This document shows positions 17,301 to 26,684 of a stretch of DNA of 57,653 bases, piece by piece (within the stretch, counting starts at the first letter, position 1; each line of letters begins with the position of its first letter). Made by a program: the position numbers and the translations under genes. Under the pieces are notes generated by a model. The model saw nothing but the letters and a program-made list of their open reading frames with translations, searched no databases and had not been told where the DNA came from. Source of the stretch: Terriglobia bacterium (GTDB lineage Bacteria > Acidobacteriota > Terriglobia > 20CM-2-55-15). The stretch is taken from positions 1-57,653 of the forward strand of contig JBGPBY010000003.1 of assembly GCA_041481485.1 (NCBI GenBank). The letters are read 5' to 3'.

Positions 17301-19493
17301 GCAAAGTTGAGCGCACTCTCGATCAATAACGGGATCACGATGTTGGAATTGGAAACCGTCGCGGCAAAATTGCAATCTTTGAAAGAATCCAAAGACAGGC
17401 TTAGCTCTACTGAATCGATGGAAATTCTACGATTTGCGCAAGAGGGGAAGCACTCGAGTGTTGAGATGCTGGAAGGCACGCTGTCTTTTCTTGACGCCAT
17501 CGGGAAGGTTGCCATACCTCAGCTCGTGCGGACAGAGCTCTACAGTGGAAGTGCGAGGATGGTTTTGGAGCTGCTGACAAGGCACACGGGTGCGTTGACG
17601 GAAGCGCTCAACAAAGCTGCGAACCATAAGAGGCTAGTAAAGGAACTGGGCCGGCTGAACGAACGCGCTTGGACCGGAAGTGATGATTTCGAGGGTGTGA
17701 ATCTAGATTTCCTGCGCAAACGGATCACTCACGCACTTACAAATCCAAACGCGCTCCAGCCGTATCTTGATTTTTTGAGAATCGAGGGCAAGGCGAAAGC
17801 AAGTGCTCTTGAGCCGATTCTGAAGCATCTGGAGGGCAATCCCTTTCCGTACGCGCGACTTGGTGAGGCGTACGATTTTATTTTCTTCCGTTCGTGCGCC
17901 GAATCCATCCTATCCACGGATCCGAAACTGAAATCACACTCGGGCGTTACGCATGACCAATTGCGCAAGCGCTATCAACAGCTAGATCGAAAAGTGATGG
18001 ACCTGAGACGGCTGGAGATCGGGCGCAAACTGATGGACGTGCCGATACCACAGGGAAACAACCGCGGACGCGCTTCGGAGATCACCGAATTAGCTCTGAT
18101 TCGACGGCAGATCGGACTGCAACGAAGACACGCCGCGCTTCGCGATTTATTTAAGAGGGCCGGTCAAGCAACGCAAGCGTTGAAGCCCTGCTTCATGATG
18201 AGCCCAATGTCGGTTGCGCAATTTCTTGATCCCGGAGGTCTGCGCTTCGATTTGGTGGTAATGGATGAGGCCTCGCAAATACGACCTGAAGATGCGCTTG
18301 GAGCTATAGCTCGTGGCCGACAACTCGTCGTTGTGGGTGATCCGAAGCAGCTTCCTCCGACATCCTTCTTCGAGAAAGTGGATCGTGACGAGACAGTGGA
18401 CGACAATTCCGAAGAGGCCGATATCCACGATCTGACATCGCAGGAGTCCGTACTCGATTTGGCGCGTGGACCGTATCAACCCGTTCGTCAACTCCGCTGG
18501 CACTATAGGTCGCAACACGAGAATTTAATTGCGTTCTCAAATAACGAATTCTACGACAACACGTTAATCGTATTTCCGTCGCCTAAAGGTGAAGATCCCG
18601 ACTACGGCGTGCGTCTTGTACAAGTTGACGGCGTTTATGAAGCGGGATTGAACCGTTTGGAAGCGGAAGCCATTACCGAAGCAGCTCAGAAATTCATGAA
18701 GAACTTTCCCAAACGCTCTCTTGGGATTGTGGCAATGAACAAGCCACAACAGGAGTTGATTCAAAAGATGATGGACGAGCTATTTGCAACGGATGTAGAG
18801 GCTGAGAGCTATCGCGTACGTTGGGAGCATTCGCTAGAGTCTGTTTTTGTCAAGAATCTAGAAAACGTGCAGGGTGATGAGCGCGACGTCATTTTCATTT
18901 CGACGGTATACGGAAAGGATGCGACAGGAAACTTTTTTCAACGACTGGGCCCCATCAATGGCGCACATGGTCACAGGCGATTGAACGTTTTGTTTACGCG
19001 CGCGAAGCAGCAAGTGTGTTTGTTCACCTCGATGAGGGCGAGCGATTTGAGAGTGGAGGAATCCTCGCGCTGGGGCGTCAAGGCATTGAAAAACTATCTG
19101 GCCTACGCGCAAAGCGGTCATCTGGATGCCGGCGAAATAACCGGAAGAGAACCCGACAGTGAATTCGAACGTTGGGTGATGGGAATGTTGGAGGAATCAG
19201 GATACGAAGTCGTGCCACAGCTGGGCGTGGCGGGATACTTCATCGATCTTGCGGTACGGCACCCGGATCAAAGAGGCTCGTTCATTTTGGGCGTGGAATG
19301 TGACGGAGCCATGTATCACTCGGCGAGGTCGGTGCGGGACCGCGATCGCCTGCGGCAAGAGGTTCTTGAGCGGCTCAGATGGAACATCTACAGGATCTGG
19401 TCGACGGACTGGTTCCGAAATCCTCGAGCCGAGTTTCAGAAGCTTTCGACTGCGCTTGAGGCGCTGCGCACCTCTAAGGCGGGTCCCAATTAA
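14331..19493 (+). CDS. DUF4011-SF1 helicase-Vsr-like nuclease (Hhe-like defence protein)
   Basis: KLLDLTMANRLLNF, QGPPGTGKSQT, DEASQ, GDPKQLPP, VQGDERD and C-terminal IDLAV...GVECDG...RIWSTDW; 1720 aa. Confidence 0.9.
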   Translation: MAGSASPNPDFKGLVLGTIEKLRAKLLDLTMANRLLNFKPSEKSKSHVRVIDEIPEALFEKLENGKELEFAWIEDPDLEPTDERTREFSEAVKIGKTSDTDYLEQLEKLGKRPSRRQLATAERGLRDRVRLSLGLAPRLKPSVVDRARELGFDPNYDLASDSEHRSRAHGDSRIQTLLYREAMEAKLSAIRETDKTLLDDAGVNALYAVFGAVEWFESADSDVPIFAPVLFVPVEIRRVLDEGVYHYVLVARDDDIEVNQAFGQLIRETHSIELPPWNPESTLSTYFRDVERVLESQRRWRLRRWVTVGLFTFAKMAMYRDLETKRWSEAGGLESHSVLNELLAGTEAVSDVTLAPDYEIDSPAMAQKNQTLVTDADSSQHSALIDVSEGKSLVIQGPPGTGKSQTITNIIAAAMNEGKRVLFVAEKMAALKVVKDRLDSFGLGVFCLEVHSNKTRKTAVLKSLEERLNLSGSLLDGRQLRQTLESFDQTRNELVHYANKMKEDVGETGLTVHEVLRGNCIRTPLGESLPPGLRKARTVEPTQVSDSTRSELKDLANDLQSAASNINRWGGLMNHPWRGLENDGLDVFQAEELLSELTSWDQSLGVLEDEIAAANKETKWGMESTAKSAERFIMDVLAIPAATATLNDELIRKGATDKGLGELKSTFENVKNVDSLYEQLMHVFKNRESLDDAKVSEVQSATAVGHELHLEEVTVGNIAVLNAERSVTAKQLEEASSELRLFAEQFGIKSPTVGDVGSMMTAIALLSELPINLLGLRDEALVADGSLQIVERGSKQAENIRALKSTVTADFRLIALPSITDIRAAAATLENSGFLARWFGSEYRAARRVYDSIAQPNAVQRKRQPGQELDRLARFIEQKRELENDAELRRVGGISFRGVETQWQELLAVARWASKVRRELPTGSVGNDRCREALLIGERARLQGVIELSRKAERLTALKRFLGLGATLEQDADSLCVVRQAAAVRTGELNAKLSALSINNGITMLELETVAAKLQSLKESKDRLSSTESMEILRFAQEGKHSSVEMLEGTLSFLDAIGKVAIPQLVRTELYSGSARMVLELLTRHTGALTEALNKAANHKRLVKELGRLNERAWTGSDDFEGVNLDFLRKRITHALTNPNALQPYLDFLRIEGKAKASALEPILKHLEGNPFPYARLGEAYDFIFFRSCAESILSTDPKLKSHSGVTHDQLRKRYQQLDRKVMDLRRLEIGRKLMDVPIPQGNNRGRASEITELALIRRQIGLQRRHAALRDLFKRAGQATQALKPCFMMSPMSVAQFLDPGGLRFDLVVMDEASQIRPEDALGAIARGRQLVVVGDPKQLPPTSFFEKVDRDETVDDNSEEADIHDLTSQESVLDLARGPYQPVRQLRWHYRSQHENLIAFSNNEFYDNTLIVFPSPKGEDPDYGVRLVQVDGVYEAGLNRLEAEAITEAAQKFMKNFPKRSLGIVAMNKPQQELIQKMMDELFATDVEAESYRVRWEHSLESVFVKNLENVQGDERDVIFISTVYGKDATGNFFQRLGPINGAHGHRRLNVLFTRAKQQVCLFTSMRASDLRVEESSRWGVKALKNYLAYAQSGHLDAGEITGREPDSEFERWVMGMLEESGYEVVPQLGVAGYFIDLAVRHPDQRGSFILGVECDGAMYHSARSVRDRDRLRQEVLERLRWNIYRIWSTDWFRNPRAEFQKLSTALEALRTSKAGPN

Positions 19494-19574
19494 CACTGCG
19501 CATATTCGACCGATCTCCGTATCTAACAGAATATAGGCCGCTTAGAGGGTCAATCTAAACAATTCGGATTGTAT

Positions 19575-19603
19575 TTGCTATTCGCGAATCGCGAATATAG
19601 AAT
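19575..19603 (+). promoter_or_regulatory. Sigma70 promoter with palindromic operator in the spacer
   Basis: TTGCTA-N17-TAGAAT; perfect inverted repeat TATTCGCGA-A-TCGCGAATA (19579-19597). Confidence 0.7.
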
Positions 19604-19609
19604 ATGTCT

Positions 19610-20140
19610 ATGAATCTGAAGCCCCAAGACATCGTGGTTGCACTGAAGCTGTTCGGCTATCCGAACGGCCGTCCAGCGATGTCGATTGTAGCGAGTGATC
19701 TCGGCCTCAGCCCATCGGAAGTTCATGGAGCCATTCAGCGCCTGAGAAGCTCGAAGCTTCTGCGTGGTCCCGCGCTTAAAGACAAACCGAATATTTCTGG
19801 TCTTGAAGAATTCCTCGTCCATGGACTGAAATACGCTTTTCCTGCGGAGCACGGCGAAGTGACGAGGGGCATTCCTACTTCGTACGCGGCCGAACCGCTG
19901 AAGAGTGAAATCGCCAACTCGAACGATTTGCCGCCAGTCTGGCCCTGGCCTGACGGCGAAACTCGCGGTGTCAGCCTCGAGCCTCTCTACAAGAGCGTGC
20001 CGCATGCCGCGTTACGTGATCCCGCGCTCTACCAACTTCTTGCGCTCGTAGATGCGATTCGGGATGGACGCGCGCGCGAGCGGGATTTGGCCGAGCGCGA
20101 GTTAGTCCACAGGTTAAGGTCGGCTCATGGCCAATCCTAA
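19610..20140 (+). CDS. HTH protein, AbiEi-like antitoxin/regulator
   Basis: LKPQDIVVALKL, HTH (ASDLGLSPSEVH), GLKYAFP...RGIPT; overlaps the downstream NTase gene. Start is 19604 or 19610. Confidence 0.7.
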   Translation: MNLKPQDIVVALKLFGYPNGRPAMSIVASDLGLSPSEVHGAIQRLRSSKLLRGPALKDKPNISGLEEFLVHGLKYAFPAEHGEVTRGIPTSYAAEPLKSEIANSNDLPPVWPWPDGETRGVSLEPLYKSVPHAALRDPALYQLLALVDAIRDGRARERDLAERELVHRLRSAHGQS

Positions 20141-20819
20141 TCTCGAACTTCTGACGGATGCGGCCAAGCTGCTTGCGCCGCTTCTCGGAGAATTAGTGTT
20201 TGTGGGCGGTTGTGCGACGGCATTGCTCATCACCGACAAGGCAGCGGCGGATGTGCGTCCAACTTTTGATGTGGATGCGATTGCGGAAATCACGTCCTAT
20301 GCTGAGTACGATAAATTTTCGGAGAGACTCAAGAAGCTCGGGTTTCAAGAAGACACGAGAGAAGGCGCACCGCTCTGCCGCTGGCTGCAAAAGACGACGA
20401 CGCTCGATGTGATGCCGCTCGATGCAAGGATTCTTGGATTTTCGAATTCGTGGTATCGGCCGGCAATGGACCACGCAGAAGAACGCGAACTCGAAAAGGG
20501 ATTGAAAATTCGTTTGGTTGCGCCCGTGTATTTCTGTGCTTCAAAACTTGAGGCGTTTGCGGGTCGGGGTAACCGTGACTACGCGGGGAGTAGAGATCTC
20601 GAAGACTTGATCGCCGTCATCGATGGTCGTAGTGAATTGGCAGAGGAAATTCGAATGGCGGCGGGCGATGTACGCAGCTACATCGCGAAGGAAAGCAAAC
20701 AGCTGATTTCGATCTCTGCGTTTATGGACGCTCTCCCGGGCCATGTGCCGCCAGACGCCGCCAGTCAGGAAAGAGTCGGCACAATTATTTCGCGACTTGA
20801 AAAGATTGGTTCGCCCTAG
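20127..20819 (+). CDS. Pol-beta-fold nucleotidyltransferase, AbiEii-like toxin
   Basis: FVGGCAT (GG motif), RPTFDVD (DxD), SKLEAF..RG, DLED. Confidence 0.75.
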   Translation: MANPNLELLTDAAKLLAPLLGELVFVGGCATALLITDKAAADVRPTFDVDAIAEITSYAEYDKFSERLKKLGFQEDTREGAPLCRWLQKTTTLDVMPLDARILGFSNSWYRPAMDHAEERELEKGLKIRLVAPVYFCASKLEAFAGRGNRDYAGSRDLEDLIAVIDGRSELAEEIRMAAGDVRSYIAKESKQLISISAFMDALPGHVPPDAASQERVGTIISRLEKIGSP

Positions 20820-20866
20820 GCTTAAAGTCCTTCGAGTGGGATTTCCTCGGTGACGCGGCCCACGTC

Positions 20867-20891
20867 GGCCGCGGTTTGGAAAACCGTGGTC
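20867..20891 (+). repeat. Dispersed hairpin, copy B
   Basis: GGCCGCGGTTT-GGA-AAACCGTGGTC; core GCGGTTTGGAAAACCG at 20871-20886. Confidence 0.8.
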
Positions 20892-21061
20892 CGTGCCGTG
20901 ATATCAATCGTACCGGGCGAGTAGTCTCAACTCCTGATTGAGCTCTTCACTTTACCGCTGGATTGAAGCCTTCCGTTATATCTGCGGAACTTGACAAGGC
21001 ACATACTGGGGCATAGTCTTCCGCTCACTCTCCTTCCTGCTTGAATGTACCGGAGGTATCC

Positions 21062-24000
21062 ATGAAGGCCCCCGCCACTTTTCGATCCTTCGTTCTTTGT
21101 GTCGCGTTGTCCATCTTCGCAGTCGCCCGATGCCAGGGCCAAGAACCTGCTGGGTCCCCAGCTGCGCCAAAAGCGACTGCTGCGGGGGCAGCCTCTGAAT
21201 CTCCATGCGCAAAGCCCGTCACCGCGCCTGCATCTTCGGTTTCGGAAGAAAGTGTTTGCCTGTTGGTATCGGGAGACTTGTCGAGGTCGCGCGACGGGCG
21301 AGATGTCGTTGCGCCCGTGGGAGGGTTGGGTGACGGGAAGACGAAGGGCGTGTTGCATGAAATGCTTAGCCTTGAAAGCCAGTCCACAGTGCCTACGTTG
21401 CGATTGTTGACTGGGAACAATCTGGGCCGCGCTATTAAATCCGGCGCGCTTTCTTCTGCCGGCGGCGGTTTGCCGAAGTCAAATCTAGCAACTACGATCG
21501 TGGCGGGTTCGGAGACCATTGTGGTCACGGCGGAAAATTTTGTCGAAGAAAAGAAGATGACCGCTTTTGAAAGGAAAGTCGAAGAACTAAGAGCTTTATA
21601 TGCGGCTGAAGGCCTCTCCCTCGATGAGCTTAAATGCGGTACCGCCGCTAAGGATGCGCAAACGAAGCTGGAAAGAGCGGGTTCATCGCCGACGCAGAAA
21701 GAGGTCGACGCTGCTTGGAAGGTTCTGGAACAGTGCGATGGCGACCTGTTTACCTGGCAGCTTCAGAAGTATTTTGACGCCGTCGCGATAGGTCCGGGTG
21801 ATTTCAACTACAGCCGGGAGACTACCTTAATCCAGCAGCTACGCCATTTTCCATTCTTGTCGGCTAATTTGTTCATGGCCAACGAAGAACCTGGACCCAA
21901 AGTCCCCAACAAGAAAGACCCACGTCTGCTGGTTGATTCTCAGGAGATTTTCCCGGGAAGTTCGGTGACCTTTGACGTCGGCGCTGATCCTGCGGACGCC
22001 GTTTGTGAGGTCATGGTCAAAGGAACCAAAAGCGAACGAGAGATGGCTCCCGGGGCTGGCATCCGCGGAGGAGATCCGTCATGGGATAATAAGGCCACCT
22101 TTCGGTTCCAGTTTCTTTCCGATACCGAGTGCCAGCAGAAGAGCGTGCGGCCGAAAAACGGACACGTCGAACCGAGCAAAGGCCGAAGCGTGGTTTATTC
22201 GTACACGGCAAAAGGACATTTGCGAAAGGCTTTCTTTCCGTTTGATGATGCTGTGACGACCGAGGAGACGAGCAGAGTCGTAACGCTGAAGTTCCCTGTG
22301 CCTCTAAGTCCCGCGAGCAGCTATCAGTTGGAAATCAAATACCGCGCCGGTTCCGCACCACAGACGAAGACCATAAAGTTTTACACCTACGAACTGTTCA
22401 CGATTACCTATTCTTGGAACGAGCCGCCAACCGACCCAAGGGCGACTGAGGTAATGGCGAAACACCGGGAAACAGCCCTAAGTGCCGATTCGGTGCCGGA
22501 GAAAAACAAGGCTGTCTCGCTATCTGGTCCGACGGGTCGACCACTGGAAACGGGACTTCCACAAAAGCGTACGAGTTGGCTCGGATACGACATTCCTATT
22601 CTGTGCACAGTCTCGGAGGATGCGAGTCGAGTGCAACTTGGAAATGTGTGCACGATTTCCGTCTTCGATGAGAAGAAGCTGACCGAGATGCCGCGAACAC
22701 TGACTGGGAAAAAGTCAGACAACGCGGAACTCATCAACCGGCTCCGGGCGGAACCGATGACGGAAGCTCTCGACTATTGGAATGCTGAGTTGAATTGGTT
22801 GCAGAAGAAGAAAGTGATTGAGGAACTCGCAGCTTCGCCCGGGGGCAGTCTGGGAAAAGAAATCGCGGAGCTTTGCCCGCTCCTTCAAAATGCTAAGAAG
22901 TGTCTACCAGAAGTGAATGGCGAGGAAATTTCGATTCATTTGGATGTTGCAGAATTGGACTCTTTGCTGAGCAAGCGGCAAAAGAATCCAGCCATCGTGC
23001 TGCTAGCCCAAACGGACGCTGCGGGCTTGGACGGTTTGGCTGGCAAGAACTCGAAATATGCGGTGGTTGTGGGAGGCTCCGGCGCGGGCAGTTCAGAACC
23101 TGCTGCATCGAGTTCCGGGGTGCACGGCCCGCTGCGTATCGTGCCGCTGGATTTTGGCAAGAGCGTGGACCAGCTCAAACTCGAACTGGTTTCCAATAGC
23201 CCGTGGCAGGTCAAGAACGCAAGTTACGCTCGTGACGATGGCGCGCAGCATTCCGGAGTTCCGGGAATAGCATTTCCGGTTCTTTTCGCAACGGCGGATG
23301 ACGATAGCTTGCGTCCGTGCTGCGCTGGAATGGATCAACTAGCACTTCTCTCTGAATGGGTGCTGGCATCGGATCTTAATGGGGCGGTGGGTTCACGTCT
23401 GCCTTCGCAGGATGTGTTGAAAGCGGATAACGACCGAACGTTTGACGTTTTGATGGAAGTAATGCGCGAGAAACATCGCGCCGAAGTGGCGCTTCTCCCC
23501 ACCGATTTTGTTGATCCTCTGCCACTTCGGTGGCTCCGTTCCGTGCGCTGGCTGGGTTGCCACAATGGAAATTCAGCGTTCAAATGCTCTGACAAGGACG
23601 GCAAAAGAGACGGCGGTCATTTTACGGTCGACTTGGCAACGGCACCTTTGGAACTGTTGCAATCGATTCCCGGGATTGATCCGGCGACGGCCATGTTAAT
23701 CCGGAAAAACAGGGACAAAATTCGGTCGAGGTCCGATATCGGGTCCGGCGGGGTTTTGGGCGCAGGGGCGGGTTTGGGCGATTCGGCATACGCGTGGGCC
23801 AAGTGGTTTGTCCACGGCCCGGACGATGCCACGCCAGATCCCGTTCCTTATATTGACGAGCGAGCTTTTGTAGATCTGGTTTTGCGCCGATTGATTTTTG
23901 TCAATCATGATCCCCGAGGCGTCATTTTGACGGGAGATTTAGCGAAGACTCTCTACACAAAGGCTGCTGGGGGTTCGAAACTGCAAGGGTTTTCAAAAGA

Positions 24001-25396
24001 CGGTCTGAATGTTTTTACGCATCAGGTGCGGCCGATCGAGGGGACACTCCCCGTGACCGTCGTGACATCGACTCCCGTGGCGCAATTGCAGGGTCCGTAT
24101 CCGGATGCCCTGGATGATCCGAGCGTTCTTCGGCAGAAGGTGAACGACAAACCGAAGGACAAGCTGAAGGACAAGGAGGAGGACAAGCACAAGGACATCG
24201 GGCAGGAATTCCGAGCCGAGGTTTTGGACAAATCGCTCATTTCAAAAGTACCCGTGGATACGGACCAGTATCCCGACGTGAAGAAATGGACTGCAAATCG
24301 AGACGCCAAACCGTACTGGCTATTGTCGCTGCAACAGCTCGGGTTTTCGTTCAATCAAATCTCGAATTCGAGTAACTTCAAACCCATCTCAAACGAGCCA
24401 GCAACGCAAGCTAAGAGCCAGCGAATCATTTCGATAGGCCCGCGTTTCTCAGCGGGGCTGTATTCTCCAAAGCTCGAATGGATAAACACGGTGGGGATTG
24501 ACTATCAGACCAATCAGATTTCGCCGAACGATATCAATCCGGTGCTTGACCAATATCGTCTTCGAACAGAACTTGACTGGTACTGGCAACAGCATCGGGG
24601 CAACGTGAGTTTCCCATTTTATGTCGCGGGTGAATTCGATTCTCAATTCGCATTGCCGCTCGGAGTTATCACGCTCACGGATTTGGCGAACAGCACATTA
24701 GTTAAGACCAAGACACTGCCGTTGCCCCTGACGTTTCCAGCAGTGCGGCAGCGCGACCTAATTGGAGAGGTCGGCATCCTTGCCACGAACCGCACCAGAA
24801 CAATTTGGTTTCGATTTGGTTTTTCGCCGGACCACAATTTCAATCGACTGGACTCGGTCAGTTTGACGAGCGGCAGCATCATTGTTCAGGCGACGCCCGG
24901 GAAGATCAGCGATGCCGTGAATGCCGCCAATCTGACCGCCTTCAACGCCGGTCTGACGCAGCCATTCCAACCCGGGAAAATCCCGTCCAGCCTCAATGTG
25001 GTTAGCGTGACTACACCGGCGCTGGCGTTCGGGTACAACTATCAGAAGGATTTTCAACTTCCGAATAACAAGAACAAGAAAATTACGATCAAGAGCGATT
25101 CCAAAGAATGGAATTTCTATTTCCGCCAGGCAAATGACAATTCCTCGCAGCCAAGATTCAGAATCTGGATTGAAAACTCGGTGAAGATTCCGATATGGGG
25201 GAATTTAAGTTTGGCTCCTGGATTTGACATGTTCGTGTACCGAAGCAAGCCGGACACGCTTGGGACGAATCCAGCGAAAGCCATGACATTCACAAGCTGG
25301 CGGCCGACCCTCTCCTTAAACTACTCGTTTGACTGGAAACCGGCAGCGATGTCGGCAGGTGAGAGTTTCAAATTCGAAAACGCCAAGCCGCAATAG
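21062..25396 (+). CDS. Large exported protein: degenerate 5'-nucleotidase-like domains + ComEA-like HhH + C-terminal OM beta-barrel
   Basis: GGAGG RBS and signal peptide; FDAVAIGPGDF and FPFLSANL; VDLATAPLELLQSIPGIDPATA; amphipathic beta-strands ending LSLNYSFDWK; 1444 aa. Confidence 0.7.
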   Translation: MKAPATFRSFVLCVALSIFAVARCQGQEPAGSPAAPKATAAGAASESPCAKPVTAPASSVSEESVCLLVSGDLSRSRDGRDVVAPVGGLGDGKTKGVLHEMLSLESQSTVPTLRLLTGNNLGRAIKSGALSSAGGGLPKSNLATTIVAGSETIVVTAENFVEEKKMTAFERKVEELRALYAAEGLSLDELKCGTAAKDAQTKLERAGSSPTQKEVDAAWKVLEQCDGDLFTWQLQKYFDAVAIGPGDFNYSRETTLIQQLRHFPFLSANLFMANEEPGPKVPNKKDPRLLVDSQEIFPGSSVTFDVGADPADAVCEVMVKGTKSEREMAPGAGIRGGDPSWDNKATFRFQFLSDTECQQKSVRPKNGHVEPSKGRSVVYSYTAKGHLRKAFFPFDDAVTTEETSRVVTLKFPVPLSPASSYQLEIKYRAGSAPQTKTIKFYTYELFTITYSWNEPPTDPRATEVMAKHRETALSADSVPEKNKAVSLSGPTGRPLETGLPQKRTSWLGYDIPILCTVSEDASRVQLGNVCTISVFDEKKLTEMPRTLTGKKSDNAELINRLRAEPMTEALDYWNAELNWLQKKKVIEELAASPGGSLGKEIAELCPLLQNAKKCLPEVNGEEISIHLDVAELDSLLSKRQKNPAIVLLAQTDAAGLDGLAGKNSKYAVVVGGSGAGSSEPAASSSGVHGPLRIVPLDFGKSVDQLKLELVSNSPWQVKNASYARDDGAQHSGVPGIAFPVLFATADDDSLRPCCAGMDQLALLSEWVLASDLNGAVGSRLPSQDVLKADNDRTFDVLMEVMREKHRAEVALLPTDFVDPLPLRWLRSVRWLGCHNGNSAFKCSDKDGKRDGGHFTVDLATAPLELLQSIPGIDPATAMLIRKNRDKIRSRSDIGSGGVLGAGAGLGDSAYAWAKWFVHGPDDATPDPVPYIDERAFVDLVLRRLIFVNHDPRGVILTGDLAKTLYTKAAGGSKLQGFSKDGLNVFTHQVRPIEGTLPVTVVTSTPVAQLQGPYPDALDDPSVLRQKVNDKPKDKLKDKEEDKHKDIGQEFRAEVLDKSLISKVPVDTDQYPDVKKWTANRDAKPYWLLSLQQLGFSFNQISNSSNFKPISNEPATQAKSQRIISIGPRFSAGLYSPKLEWINTVGIDYQTNQISPNDINPVLDQYRLRTELDWYWQQHRGNVSFPFYVAGEFDSQFALPLGVITLTDLANSTLVKTKTLPLPLTFPAVRQRDLIGEVGILATNRTRTIWFRFGFSPDHNFNRLDSVSLTSGSIIVQATPGKISDAVNAANLTAFNAGLTQPFQPGKIPSSLNVVSVTTPALAFGYNYQKDFQLPNNKNKKITIKSDSKEWNFYFRQANDNSSQPRFRIWIENSVKIPIWGNLSLAPGFDMFVYRSKPDTLGTNPAKAMTFTSWRPTLSLNYSFDWKPAAMSAGESFKFENAKPQ
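24143..24196 (+). repeat. 12-bp-period intragenic tandem repeat encoding (K/E/N)DKx
   Basis: aacgacaaaccg aaggacaagctg aaggacaaggag gaggacaagcac aaggac. Confidence 0.75.
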
Positions 25397-25484
25397 ACGG
25401 GCGGGCAGGAAGCGGAACGGTCGGTGAGTTCCCGGAGTCCAAGCCCTTGTTCTGTAGCGAGACTGGATGCAGGAGCAGTGTGCA

Positions 25485-26513
25485 ATGCCAGAGGGCGAAT
25501 CCAAGCGGCTGACAGTCATTGTCGGGGCAGGTGCTTCATACGACTGTGGAGACAGCGAAACAGCCGCCATGATCAACGAGGCTTACCGCCCTCCTCTTGC
25601 GAAGGACATTCTTGGGCGGCAGTTTGACGGGATCTTGAATCGCTATCCAGCGGTGACTGCGCGATTGGATGAACTACGCACCAAGCTGGCGAACGGTGGA
25701 GACTTCGAGGAGATATTTCGCGGGTTGTTGGAATCTGCTGAGCACCATCAGAACTTCTGGCCTTTACAGCTTCCTTTGTATTTGAGAGAGCTTTTGTGGA
25801 CGATCAGCCTTGAGTATATCCGCGGTAGTTCGAAGTTTGACACGCTCGTACGGCGCGTATTGGAATCACGGTTCGAAGAAGTATTGTTCCTGAATTTGAA
25901 TTACGATCTTTTTCTTGAGGACGCACTTTCGACCTACGACCATCACGAATTCAATTCTCTGAGTTCGTATATTCCGCAGAATAAAAAGTGGCGATATGTG
26001 AAGCCACACGGCTCGGTCAATTGGGGCAGAATTGTGGACAACTGTCGGGGCGACAGTTCAGGAAGATTCTTTCCCAGCCGCCTTCAAGAGATGCCAATCT
26101 TTTCAAGCGAGCTTCAGGTCGTAATGTGGAACAGGCATTCACACGACTTCTATATCCCGGGAGGTGGTCCGTCTGGCTATCTTTACCCGCAACTGGTCGT
26201 CCCAACCGACAGGCCGAAGAGCTTTGTATGTCCGCAAGAACATGCAGATCAGGCACGAGCGTTCGTTCAGAATTGCCAGCATTTTCTTATCGTTGGATTC
26301 AGCGGCCGCGATCAAGATGTGCTCGGGCTGCTTCAGGAGGTGCCAGCTGGCAGCCAGTTGGTGATCGTAAGCAAGGGCGATGCCAAGGAGATTGAGACAA
26401 GAATAGGTGCCGCAATCTCGGCTTCCCCAGCCAAGAAGCTGACGATCCACTCGCACGACATCGGTTTTTCGAGATTCGTCGCGAGCAGTACACTCGACAA
26501 TCTAGTCTCTTAA
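25485..26513 (+). CDS. SIR2-like (SIR2_2) domain protein
   Basis: IVGAGAS, NLNYD, VKPHGSVNW and IVGFS motifs; AGGAG RBS. Confidence 0.85.
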   Translation: MPEGESKRLTVIVGAGASYDCGDSETAAMINEAYRPPLAKDILGRQFDGILNRYPAVTARLDELRTKLANGGDFEEIFRGLLESAEHHQNFWPLQLPLYLRELLWTISLEYIRGSSKFDTLVRRVLESRFEEVLFLNLNYDLFLEDALSTYDHHEFNSLSSYIPQNKKWRYVKPHGSVNWGRIVDNCRGDSSGRFFPSRLQEMPIFSSELQVVMWNRHSHDFYIPGGGPSGYLYPQLVVPTDRPKSFVCPQEHADQARAFVQNCQHFLIVGFSGRDQDVLGLLQEVPAGSQLVIVSKGDAKEIETRIGAAISASPAKKLTIHSHDIGFSRFVASSTLDNLVS

Positions 26514-26684
26514 GGAATGCTTGAGAGGCCGGTTGAGTAGCATCACCAAGAATTTCCGCGCGACGGGACGAGATCAGACTCGCAGATGATAGCCTTCCTG
26601 AGTCGTTCGGCGATGTGGTCGAAGCTAACTCGATGGTCGAGTAAGGTATGGAAATTCTTCCTTAGTCTATTTGGCAAGGACTCC

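Noticed and set aside
14191-20852. Short shared words (AAGTCCTTC...TCGGTG) near 14191 and 20825 flanking the Hhe/AbiE block
   Set aside because: Too short and gapped to distinguish from chance.
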